Program-made: the position numbers and the translations under genes | Notes under the pieces: generated by a model | Databases searched by the model: none | What the model saw: the letters and a program-made list of their open reading frames with translations, nothing else | Told to the model about the DNA's origin: nothing | Shown here: piece by piece, positions 9,110-17,977 of the stretch | How positions within the stretch are numbered: the stretch's first letter is position 1 | How the letters are laid out: the number at the start of each line of letters is the position of its first letter | Source: a virus | Taxonomy: Duplodnaviria; Heunggongvirae; Uroviricota; Caudoviricetes | Reading direction: 5' to 3' (one strand) | DNA length: 19,899 bases | IMG/VR virus record: IMGVR_UViG_3300042482_001246

Positions 9110-11250
9110 AACATTTCTTTGAATCTATACTCTCTATCTTTTTCTTTAATTTCTTCAACATCCATTTTAGTTAAAATTATACAATTTTTAAAATAAGTTA
9201 TTGAAGATATTAGGTTATTATTTCTCATTCCACTAAACTCGGAATTAATTTTATGGGGTACCGTTGAAAAGTAATCAACAACATTGTGATTTCCAACCTC
9301 ATATCCATATATGGTATTTTTCGGATTCCAATAATTACATTCAATATCTTCAATAATATAGATACCACCATTTTTTAACATTTTATCAAATAAAAAATTA
9401 AAGGTGTTGATTTGGTGTTCAGGTACATGGCTACCATCATCAATTATTATATCACATTCTCCAATAAGATTTATCATTTTTTGTAAATCATCTTCATTAT
9501 TTTGGTCGCCTTTGAATACAGTTCCATTATCGGTAACTTTTTCTTCATTAATATCCATTGAGAAGATTTGTCCGTTGTGAAAATATTCTTTCCACAAGTT
9601 GAAAGATGCATAATCTGACCCACATCCTATTTCAAATAGTTTAACTTTGGTTTCTCTTAAACCACTTAAAAATTTATCATAAATCTTGTCAAACCTATGA
9701 TGAATAACTTTATCAGTATTATGTTTCAAACCAAGTGAAAAAATATTGTTATTTCTTACCAAGACAAGATTATTATCGTTGTGTGTCCAAGCCAAACTTA
9801 TAAGTTCAAACGAAAAATTTTTATACTTATTTCTTAGTTTGGGTATCTCTTTTTCCCAACTACCTAAATCAGATTCACAAATATCCTCAATAATATAATA
9901 ACCACCTGAACTTAATCTATCTAATGAATTTTCTAAAAAAAATAAATTATATTTGAATTCGTGTAAACCGTCGTCAATAATAATATCCATTTTTTCACCA
10001 ATTTCTAACCATAAATTTTTTATATCAGAAATTGACGTTTCATCACAATAAAACGTTTTAATTCTTTCCTCTTCAAATAAAGTATTTTTATCTATATCGG
10101 CACCATATATCTTAGCTCGAGTAAAATATTCTTTCCAACCTCTAAGAGAAGCCCCAGGAGTACCCATATTACCCATATTGTAAGGTATCAAAACATTATT
10201 GGTTCCAATACCTAATTCAAAAATTTTTATTTCTTTATCTCTAATACTTTCAAAAAGTTGTGAATATAATCTAGTATAATTGTGACCACCAAAATCAACC
10301 CAATCAGGTTTACTAGCTTTATCACTCTTGTGTTTATCCATGATAGAACACAACTCTGTTCTTTCATCAATTACGACTTGTTTGATTTCTTTGGGTGAAA
10401 TAACTAAATCAACTAAATGGTCAATAACATCTTTAAATTTACTATAAGGTCTACAACAATTTACATCTATGTAATAACCATTTTTTAATTTTTCTTCATC
10501 ATAAATTCCAAATTTTTTTTGATTTTCTTTCTCACCTTCAAATTCTAATTCAACAGGAAAATTATGTCTTTCGATTCTTCTATTCGCAATCCATGGACTA
10601 GTGTAACCTCTTTTTAATTTATGAACTTCAATACCATGATTTTTATTATTCACACAATCAGAAAAATAAAATTCATCAATCATCCACATATATCTATAAC
10701 CTGGTTTATAATTTCCATGTCTATTTACAAAATCTTCAAAACTACAATCAGTATCCAATATTTTATTAAATACCTTTCCTTTAGCGGCGTTATATGGATA
10801 ATTATACATTTCTTGAGTAAATGGAAAAGGTTCAGTTTCAAAAAGTTTTTTTGCTTCTAACCTATTTAAATCATAAGCATCACTTGAGTAAATTACTAAA
10901 CTATTATCACTGAAGTTTTTAATTTGATTTATAAAATATTCTTTATTAATCATTAACATGTCTAAATCACATGTTAAACAAACCTCGTCAGGAAAATACT
11001 TTGTCCCATACATTCTAGCAATACATGCTAATAAACCTGTATGAACAACATTACCTGTAATGTGGTCGTTAACTTTTTTAATTTTTTTTACTAAACCATT
11101 ACCATCATAATAAAAGTCACTTTCTTCATCACATATAAAAAAAAGTACAGGTTCTATTTCTAAAATCTCTTTACAAATTTTAGCTTGGATAGGCCAAAAC
11201 TCCAAAAAATATGAGTCGTCGACCCCAAATATTGCTTTATCTATTTTCAT
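9106..11250 (-). CDS. Fusion: GT-like domain (aa ~1-285) plus two tandem class I SAM O-methyltransferase domains (MycE/OleY-like)
   Basis: The N-domain has TCDLDML (DxD) and is paralogous to 11262-12098. MT1: HNY..Y, IFELGIG, GASLRGWKEYF, DIIIDDGLH, GGYYIIED. MT2: IFEIGCG-like LFEIGCG, ASFNLWKEYF, GDQ, DIIIDDGSH, GGIYIIED. Confidence 0.8.
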   Translation of the reverse strand: MKIDKAIFGVDDSYFLEFWPIQAKICKEILEIEPVLFFICDEESDFYYDGNGLVKKIKKVNDHITGNVVHTGLLACIARMYGTKYFPDEVCLTCDLDMLMINKEYFINQIKNFSDNSLVIYSSDAYDLNRLEAKKLFETEPFPFTQEMYNYPYNAAKGKVFNKILDTDCSFEDFVNRHGNYKPGYRYMWMIDEFYFSDCVNNKNHGIEVHKLKRGYTSPWIANRRIERHNFPVELEFEGEKENQKKFGIYDEEKLKNGYYIDVNCCRPYSKFKDVIDHLVDLVISPKEIKQVVIDERTELCSIMDKHKSDKASKPDWVDFGGHNYTRLYSQLFESIRDKEIKIFELGIGTNNVLIPYNMGNMGTPGASLRGWKEYFTRAKIYGADIDKNTLFEEERIKTFYCDETSISDIKNLWLEIGEKMDIIIDDGLHEFKYNLFFLENSLDRLSSGGYYIIEDICESDLGSWEKEIPKLRNKYKNFSFELISLAWTHNDNNLVLVRNNNIFSLGLKHNTDKVIHHRFDKIYDKFLSGLRETKVKLFEIGCGSDYASFNLWKEYFHNGQIFSMDINEEKVTDNGTVFKGDQNNEDDLQKMINLIGECDIIIDDGSHVPEHQINTFNFLFDKMLKNGGIYIIEDIECNYWNPKNTIYGYEVGNHNVVDYFSTVPHKINSEFSGMRNNNLISSITYFKNCIILTKMDVEEIKEKDREYRFKEML

Positions 11251-11261
11251 AATTATTTTTT

Positions 11262-12098
11262 TTATTTAGGGTTTGTTATGGACAATGCGATTTCAACTAA
11301 ATTGTCAATAACTTTTTTATATTCAATATATGGTCTTGGACAATGAGCATCAATATAATATCCATTTTTAAGTTTTTCCCAATCAAACACGCCATCGTTT
11401 AATTGAGCCGTAATCTCTAAATTATTATTTAATATTACGGGAAAATTATGTCTGTTAATTCTTTTTTCCGCTTTCCATGGAGAAGAATACCCTCTCTTAA
11501 ATTTATGAACTTCAACACCATGAATATTTTCATTAACATTTTGACCAAAATAAATTTCATCAGTTCCCCACCCTAATTTCAACACTCCCAATTCATGAGC
11601 GTATTGACTGAATGGTCTATCAGTATCTAAAATTTTATTAAAAGTTGAACCTTTTCCAATATTGTAACAAATTGGGTATCTATTTTCACAAGGTTCATTA
11701 TGATTTTGGCACTCTGGTCTTTCTAATGAGTATGCATCTTCATCTAAAATCACCAAAGAATTATCATCAATATCTTTAATTTTATCAATAAACCAATCTC
11801 TGTTTATAATAATCATATCAATGTCATTGGTCATGCAAACATCATTTGGAAAATATTTTGTTCCATACATTCTAACAATTTGACTTAAAAACGAAGTGAT
11901 AATACCTGGACAATTATTTCTATTTATTTTTTTTACAATTCCATTACCATCATCATAAAAATCACTATCTTCATTTGTAATATGAAATAATACGGGTTGA
12001 GCATTAAATAATTTTTTAATTATTTTTGATTGGATTGGCCAAAAATTTTGGTATAATGGATTGTCATCCACACCAAAAATTACTTTATCTATCTTCAT
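11262..12098 (-). CDS. Putative glycosyltransferase-like protein, paralog of the N-domain of 9106-11250
   Basis: [32 protein letters not shown] (DxD), [17 protein letters not shown] are shared with the downstream gene. Confidence 0.6.
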   Translation of the reverse strand: MKIDKVIFGVDDNPLYQNFWPIQSKIIKKLFNAQPVLFHITNEDSDFYDDGNGIVKKINRNNCPGIITSFLSQIVRMYGTKYFPNDVCMTNDIDMIIINRDWFIDKIKDIDDNSLVILDEDAYSLERPECQNHNEPCENRYPICYNIGKGSTFNKILDTDRPFSQYAHELGVLKLGWGTDEIYFGQNVNENIHGVEVHKFKRGYSSPWKAEKRINRHNFPVILNNNLEITAQLNDGVFDWEKLKNGYYIDAHCPRPYIEYKKVIDNLVEIALSITNPK

Positions 12099-12639
12099 AA
12101 AATTTTTCTATAAATTCATCAATGTTGTTTGACCACATAGTCATCGCATTATCTTTAATTTTTTGTTCATCCCAATTCCACCAAGCAATAGATAATAATT
12201 TTTTAATTTGCTCGTCACTAAACCTATACTTAACAACTTTGGCTGGATTACCAGCAACAATCGCATATGGTGGTACGTCTTTACTTACAACAGAACCAGC
12301 CGCAACTATCGCTCCGTTACCAATTCTAACTCCTGACATTATAGTTGCTGTTGCCCCAATCCAAACATCATTTTCAATTATAATATCTCCTTTACAAGAT
12401 GGATGTCCCATATCCATATGCATCTGAGCAATCTCATTAGTTACAGGACCCCACAGTTGGGATGATGTTGTAACCCAATCGGGTCTATGATTTGCGTGTA
12501 GAAAAAAATTACAGTCTCTACCTATTGAATTGTACTTACCAATCCTTACGTGGTATTGGTCACTCCAAGAAATTATGTTTACGTGTCTGTCAAAATAGGT
12601 TCCCCTGTCTGCGTGCCAAAGATGTATGTTTTCTATCAT
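12085..12639 (-). CDS. CatB/Vat-related hexapeptide-repeat O-acetyltransferase
   Basis: [61 protein letters not shown], and the Xat-type tail AWWNW. Confidence 0.9.
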   Translation of the reverse strand: MIENIHLWHADRGTYFDRHVNIISWSDQYHVRIGKYNSIGRDCNFFLHANHRPDWVTTSSQLWGPVTNEIAQMHMDMGHPSCKGDIIIENDVWIGATATIMSGVRIGNGAIVAAGSVVSKDVPPYAIVAGNPAKVVKYRFSDEQIKKLLSIAWWNWDEQKIKDNAMTMWSNNIDEFIEKFYEDR

Positions 12640-12640
12640 A

Positions 12641-13627
12641 TTATTCGTTTACTCTAAAACTCATTAGTTTAAAAATTTCCCTGTCTTCATCGGATTTTAA
12701 ATAAAATGTATCCCTTATCACATCATTCTCTAACACAATAATGGAATTAATTTCTTCAAGTTTACCTAAGAAAACAATATTCCAATGATAATGATGGACT
12801 AATGGTATGTGAACTAATTTTGAACCATTAATAATAATTTTATATTCCAAACCATTTTTATTAGTTGTATTCCATGATATGAAATCAACATTACCTGTTA
12901 AATGGTCGTAATACGGTAAAGACCATGGGTTTTTATTTATTGATTGACTATTAATAACACCAAAAAAATTACCTTTTTCTTCTAAAACATTTCTGTTTTT
13001 AACAACAACACTACCTGAGTCTTCAATTAACTTAAGTAATAAACCTTCAGGTGATTTTGATATTGCACCTCTAATTAAATCTTTAATTTTATCTTCATCC
13101 AATTCAATTAACATTGAATGTATTTTTGGGATATAGTATGATTGAAAACTACCGAACATTACTTCCGCAACTTTATCTTGGATGTCCATATAAACCACTG
13201 CACTATTTGTTTCTAATAAATCACTGTTTTCAACAAACTCGGATATTTCATTGATTTGACAATCATACTCTATATGGTGAACTTTAGTAAACCCTAAGTT
13301 TTTAGCATTACTAAAACCTAAAATCATTAATCTCCATATAGCTAAGTGAGTGTTTTTTTTACTTAGAAAAGATGATTGGATTCTTCTGTTTCCTTCAGGT
13401 ACAAACCAAGGTTGGTTTAATAAATCCCAATCAGTTAATATTTCATTTTTCTTATCATAGAATGAAAATTCTACTTTATTTTGAATATCAATCGGTACTG
13501 GTGTATGACTAACAATCATTACCTCAAAATAATCTTTATATTTTTCTAATGAAGAAACTAAATTCCTTAAAATATTTTCTCTATTATCATCAGGACAATA
13601 CGCGGTAATTAAAATCAAATCTTTCAT
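12641..13627 (-). CDS. Uncharacterised putative glycosyltransferase-like protein (paralog of 8129-9109)
   Basis: [21 protein letters not shown] and HHIEYD are shared with 8129-9109; lies inside the operon. Confidence 0.5.
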   Translation of the reverse strand: MKDLILITAYCPDDNRENILRNLVSSLEKYKDYFEVMIVSHTPVPIDIQNKVEFSFYDKKNEILTDWDLLNQPWFVPEGNRRIQSSFLSKKNTHLAIWRLMILGFSNAKNLGFTKVHHIEYDCQINEISEFVENSDLLETNSAVVYMDIQDKVAEVMFGSFQSYYIPKIHSMLIELDEDKIKDLIRGAISKSPEGLLLKLIEDSGSVVVKNRNVLEEKGNFFGVINSQSINKNPWSLPYYDHLTGNVDFISWNTTNKNGLEYKIIINGSKLVHIPLVHHYHWNIVFLGKLEEINSIIVLENDVIRDTFYLKSDEDREIFKLMSFRVNE

Positions 13628-14205
13628 TATTTAATATTTTTTGTGGGAACACCTCCATATACACCAGGTGATTCAATATGTTTGACAACCGCACTATTCA
13701 TACCAATTGTTACCAAACTATGTATTGATAATTTTTCTCGGATTGAGGAATTATTACCCATATAAACAAGGTCGTATATTTTTACATTACCAGACACAAT
13801 TGCACCTGGCATTGCACTAAAGTAATCACCAATTTCACAATCGTGACCAATATGGTTACCTCTATTTAAAATTGCGTGTTTACCTATTTTTATATTTGTA
13901 GTTAGTATTGAATATGCACCAACAAAACTACCTTCTCCGATTTCAATGTTGTTATCCATAATTAACACTGTTGGATGAACCCAAGTAAAATATTTAGTCT
14001 CCTTGGGTAGTCTTTGGATAATATCAAATCTATCTCTTGAATCTGCAACCGCAACCATTATCGCATATTCTTTGGGGTTAAACTCAGATAGTGGTCTTGT
14101 TCCTTCTACAACATATTTGTCATCAACAAAACAAGTCAATTCCACCCCCATTTGAGCCATCACCTCTTTAGCGTGACCACCATATCCAACTAATGCTTTT
14201 TTCAT
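13627..14205 (-). CDS. PglD/NeuD-like sugar acetyltransferase
   Basis: GYGGHAKEV, VAVAD..R, VHP, hexapeptide repeats, NHIGHDC (catalytic His region), GVPTK. Confidence 0.9.
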   Translation of the reverse strand: MKKALVGYGGHAKEVMAQMGVELTCFVDDKYVVEGTRPLSEFNPKEYAIMVAVADSRDRFDIIQRLPKETKYFTWVHPTVLIMDNNIEIGEGSFVGAYSILTTNIKIGKHAILNRGNHIGHDCEIGDYFSAMPGAIVSGNVKIYDLVYMGNNSSIREKLSIHSLVTIGMNSAVVKHIESPGVYGGVPTKNIK

Positions 14206-14846
14206 TGTTTATAAACGTCAAATTTAGATAAGTCAGGATATGGTAATTCTAAATCCTGATTATGTTTTTTCGAACCGTCAATATTATAAAACTGATTCAT
14301 CAACAGCATCCCTCTTGCCGCCAACTCAGGCATCATATAAAAGTTCCAACCAATCATATCCAAGTAATCATCGTGATATGAACATTCTCTTCTTCCACTA
14401 TAACGAGCTCTCTTAAACCAATGATAAGCATCCAAACTATCCGTCAAAATTGCACCACCCTTACTAAGTTTAAAATGTTTATAAGGTCCAGTAAAAGAAA
14501 CACAAATGTGTTGGTCAGGTTTATACATATCGGCAGTAAAACTTAGTGCTGAGTCCCAAACATTACTTCCTTTTAGTTGGTACATACCTTTAATTGTTTT
14601 ACCCTCAACAGGTTCAAAATCAACCTTTAGCCCTGCGTGAATAATCTCACAAGGAACCGATGGGTATGTTCTACAAGGAATTGTTATCTTATCTGAAGTA
14701 ATACTTTTCTTAACATTTTTTTCATAATATAACGCCAAGAACAAAGCGTTACTCATATTATCGAGAGTCACCACATACGGAGCTCCCGTATAATCTGCAA
14801 GTGCCTTCTCGAAATCTTCTGTAATTTTATAAATACCGTTTGCCAT
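14202..14846 (-). CDS. Short DegT/DnrJ/EryC1/StrS-family PLP sugar aminotransferase
   Basis: FEKALADYTGAPY, SNALFLAL, TYPSV, WDSA (PLP Asp), SF..YKH....GGAILTD (PLP Lys), GWNFYM; only 214 aa. Confidence 0.85.
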   Translation of the reverse strand: MANGIYKITEDFEKALADYTGAPYVVTLDNMSNALFLALYYEKNVKKSITSDKITIPCRTYPSVPCEIIHAGLKVDFEPVEGKTIKGMYQLKGSNVWDSALSFTADMYKPDQHICVSFTGPYKHFKLSKGGAILTDSLDAYHWFKRARYSGRRECSYHDDYLDMIGWNFYMMPELAARGMLLMNQFYNIDGSKKHNQDLELPYPDLSKFDVYKQ

Positions 14847-14847
14847 A

Positions 14848-14884
14848 TATTGAAAAAATAAGATAAATCAGTATCTTTTCAATA
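14848..14884. promoter_or_regulatory. Quasi-palindromic divergent promoter pair
   Basis: Inverted repeat TATTGAAAA (14848-56) / TTTTCAATA (14876-84) with inner AGATA/TATCT. Gives TTGAAA-N16-TATCTT on + and TTGAAA-N16-TATTTT on -, between the two divergent operons. Confidence 0.45.
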
Positions 14885-14902
14885 ATCATATTCAATTATT
14901 AT

Positions 14903-17194
14903 ATGGAAAAACCAAAAATTTATCTTCACGGTTCTTATATTGGAACAACAGGTTACAATAACCACACTCGTGATTTTTTAAGAGAATTAGTTAAACACAC
15001 ACCTGTTAAGGTTAGAAACTTTACTGTTGGTAGCACTTGGGATGGTTATAATCCAACCCCCCACGATAACGAACCATACATTAATGATGTTGATAAATCA
15101 ATGTTGTATAAACAAATTTTATACAACTCTGAAGGTAAGTTATCAGATTACGATATCTACCCTGACAAATCAAAAGAGTTTTTTCCTGATGTGAATATTG
15201 TATTGAGTGAGACTAATCACCATATATTCTATCACGATTATATTGGTCCAAAGATTGCTTATAACGTATGGGAATCTACTCTTCAACCTAAAGAGTTTTT
15301 CAATGAACTTTTGAAATACGATGAGATTTGGGTTCCGAGTAAATGGCAAATGGAATGTACCATCAACCAAGGTGCAACCCCTGATAAAGTTAAGGTGGTC
15401 CCTGAGGGTGTCGATATCCATACATTCTTCCCTGAAGATGTTGAGAAATTGGAACAATACAATGATGGTAGATTTAAATTCTTATTATTTGGTCGATGGG
15501 ATTATAGAAAATCAACCAAGGAGATTATTGAAACTTTCTTGAAAACATTTTCTTCGGATGAACCTGTGGATTTGGTTGTATCGATTGACAATATGTGGGG
15601 TGAAGAGATGGATGGTTATAAAACCACCGAAGAAAGATTGGTAGGTTATGGTTTAACAGACCCAAGAATCAAAATGATTCACTTCCCAACTCGTGAGGAT
15701 TATATCAAATACCTTAAAACAGGACACGTATTTGTTTCTTGCGCACGTTCTGAAGGATGGAATCTACCTCTTATTGAAGCGATGGCTTGTGGTACCCCAT
15801 CTATTTATTCAGAGTGTTCTGCTCAAATGGAGTTTGCTGAAGGTAGAGGTATTCCTGTTAAGATTATAGGTGAAAAACTTGCAAGCGCAAATGACTACGG
15901 TAGATATACAATGAGTGATTTACCAGGAAACTATTACGAACCTGATTTTGTGGACTTGTCAAGACAGATGAGATATACGTATGAGAACTATAAAGAATGT
16001 AAATTAAAAGCCGTTCAAGACTCAATAGAAATTCATAAAGAATTCTCTTGGGAACGAATTGGTGAGATTGGTTACAAAACAGTTGTTGATTTTATGAAAA
16101 ATTATAAATCCACTGATGCGGATACCAATAAAATTATGGTTTCATATCTTGATGGTCCAAAAGTTGAAATTGTGGGTGCTGAAGACAGAACTTATTTAAT
16201 TGAGTTTTTGGATGAAAATGATGCTGTAATTCATTCACATACAATGAAAAATAATCATTGGGTTCAATGTGGTAGAAAATATTACACCAAATGGAAAATC
16301 CGTGTTAATGGTAAAATTGTTGAGGAGTTAGATTTAACAGGAAAAAGAGTTTTAATCTCTTTTGAATCAAAATCAATTGGTGATACAATTGCTTGGGCAC
16401 CTTACGCTGTTGAGTTTCAAAAGAAACATAACTGCCAAGTTATTCTAAGCACATTTCATAACAAATGGTTTAAACAAAACCCTAACTATCAGGATATTGA
16501 ATTTATCGAACCTGGTATGGTCACAAATTGTCACGCACTTTATAGGATTGGTTGGATTAAATCTGACGAAGGTAAGTGGAACAAATATGATTCTTACCCT
16601 AACCCGATTCAAACTTTACCATTACAACAAACTGCAACAGACATCCTTGGTTTAAATTATGTTGAAAGAAACTACGGTTTATACTTTGATGTTAAACCGA
16701 GAACAATCAAAAACAAATATGTTGTTTTAGCCCCCGAGTCGACTGCAGGTTGTAAAGAATGGACTTATGAAGGGTGGTGTTATTTGACAGACCAATTAAT
16801 TAAAAAAGGTTATGAAGTCGTCATTTTAACAACAAAACCATATCAAGTAAAAGGTGCAAAATGTATTCACGGTAAACCATTAAACGACGCTCTTAATATC
16901 CTTTATCATTCAGAATTCTTGGTTTCGCCAAGTTCAGGTATGGCTTGGATGAATTGGGGTGTTGGTAAACACACTGTAATGATTAGTGGATTTACACCTA
17001 AACATCACGAGTTCCAAACTAATATTACAAGAATTATTAATGAACATTCTTGTAACTCTTGTTGGGCAAATATCAACTTTAAGTTTGACCCAGGAGATTG
17101 GGATTGGTGTCCAATTTGGAAAGGTACCGAAAAACAACACATTTGTGAAAAATCAATTTCGCCACTAACAGTTCTTAATAGTTTACCAATATGA
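14903..17194 (+). CDS. GT4 glycosyltransferase fused to a TibC/AAH (BAHT)-family protein O-heptosyltransferase
   Basis: N-half: GRWDYRKS and SEGWNLPLIEAMACG (GT4 Ex7E, E284/E292). C-half from ~16128: LDGPKVEI, YYTKWKI, GKRVLISFESKSIGDTIAW, KEW, SSGMAW, VMISGFT...EF, and CNSC-x15-C-x11-C (C717/720/736/748). Confidence 0.85.
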   Translation: MEKPKIYLHGSYIGTTGYNNHTRDFLRELVKHTPVKVRNFTVGSTWDGYNPTPHDNEPYINDVDKSMLYKQILYNSEGKLSDYDIYPDKSKEFFPDVNIVLSETNHHIFYHDYIGPKIAYNVWESTLQPKEFFNELLKYDEIWVPSKWQMECTINQGATPDKVKVVPEGVDIHTFFPEDVEKLEQYNDGRFKFLLFGRWDYRKSTKEIIETFLKTFSSDEPVDLVVSIDNMWGEEMDGYKTTEERLVGYGLTDPRIKMIHFPTREDYIKYLKTGHVFVSCARSEGWNLPLIEAMACGTPSIYSECSAQMEFAEGRGIPVKIIGEKLASANDYGRYTMSDLPGNYYEPDFVDLSRQMRYTYENYKECKLKAVQDSIEIHKEFSWERIGEIGYKTVVDFMKNYKSTDADTNKIMVSYLDGPKVEIVGAEDRTYLIEFLDENDAVIHSHTMKNNHWVQCGRKYYTKWKIRVNGKIVEELDLTGKRVLISFESKSIGDTIAWAPYAVEFQKKHNCQVILSTFHNKWFKQNPNYQDIEFIEPGMVTNCHALYRIGWIKSDEGKWNKYDSYPNPIQTLPLQQTATDILGLNYVERNYGLYFDVKPRTIKNKYVVLAPESTAGCKEWTYEGWCYLTDQLIKKGYEVVILTTKPYQVKGAKCIHGKPLNDALNILYHSEFLVSPSSGMAWMNWGVGKHTVMISGFTPKHHEFQTNITRIINEHSCNSCWANINFKFDPGDWDWCPIWKGTEKQHICEKSISPLTVLNSLPI

Positions 17195-17937
17195 TAGATT
17201 TATCAAACTTTGATTGGGGATGGATGAATCGTCCTGTTGAATACGATGTTGATGGTCAAGTAGAATATCTTTGGCACATAAATCCTAATGGGTCTAAAAC
17301 TCATATGAGTGAATATCACAAAAACTCAATAATCAAAGAAATTTTTGAAGATAAATGTTACGAACAATTTTTTGAGGTTGAGGAGGGTGATACTGTTTTA
17401 GATGTTGGTGCGAGTGTTGGTCCATTTACATATTCAATATTACACAAAAAACCAAAACAAGTTTATTGTTTTGAACCAAGCGAAAGAGAGTTTAAAACTT
17501 TGGTTAAAAACCTAAAGGGTCATCAAGTAATACCAATCCCAAAAGGTATATCAAATGTAAGCTCAATCGTTAAAAGTGATATGTTGTTTGGTGGCGAGGA
17601 TGAAATGGAAACACTAACATTTAATCGTTTTATAAATCTGTACAACGTAGATAAAATAGATTTTATTAAGACTGATTGTGAGGGTGGTGAATATGATATT
17701 TTCACTCAAGATAATTTAGACTTTCTTCAAAATAATGTTAAAAAAATTGTTGGTGAGTGGCATTTAAGAAGTCCCCAACTTAAAGATAAGTTTAGAAATT
17801 TCAGGGATAATATATTACCATACTTTAAACGATATAAAATATTTTCTGTTGATGGTATTGATATTGCTTGGGATTTGTGGAACGACCATTTCATTGAGTA
17901 TTATAATGAGGTCATAATACACATTGATAATCGTTAA
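17191..17937 (+). CDS. FkbM-family SAM-dependent methyltransferase
   Basis: GDTVLDVGASVGPF, VYCFEP, IDFIKTDCEGGEY; ATGA overlap with the upstream gene. Confidence 0.92.
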   Translation: MIDLSNFDWGWMNRPVEYDVDGQVEYLWHINPNGSKTHMSEYHKNSIIKEIFEDKCYEQFFEVEEGDTVLDVGASVGPFTYSILHKKPKQVYCFEPSEREFKTLVKNLKGHQVIPIPKGISNVSSIVKSDMLFGGEDEMETLTFNRFINLYNVDKIDFIKTDCEGGEYDIFTQDNLDFLQNNVKKIVGEWHLRSPQLKDKFRNFRDNILPYFKRYKIFSVDGIDIAWDLWNDHFIEYYNEVIIHIDNR

Positions 17938-17939
17938 AT

Positions 17940-17972
17940 AAAAAAGGGAGTCGTTTGACTCCCTTTTCTTTT
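17940..17972. terminator. Bidirectional intrinsic terminator
   Basis: Stem AAAAGGGAGTC (17942-52) / GACTCCCTTTT (17957-67), loop GTTT, with a T-tract on each strand; lies between convergent stops at 17937 and 17978. Confidence 0.85.
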
Positions 17973-17977
17973 ATATC

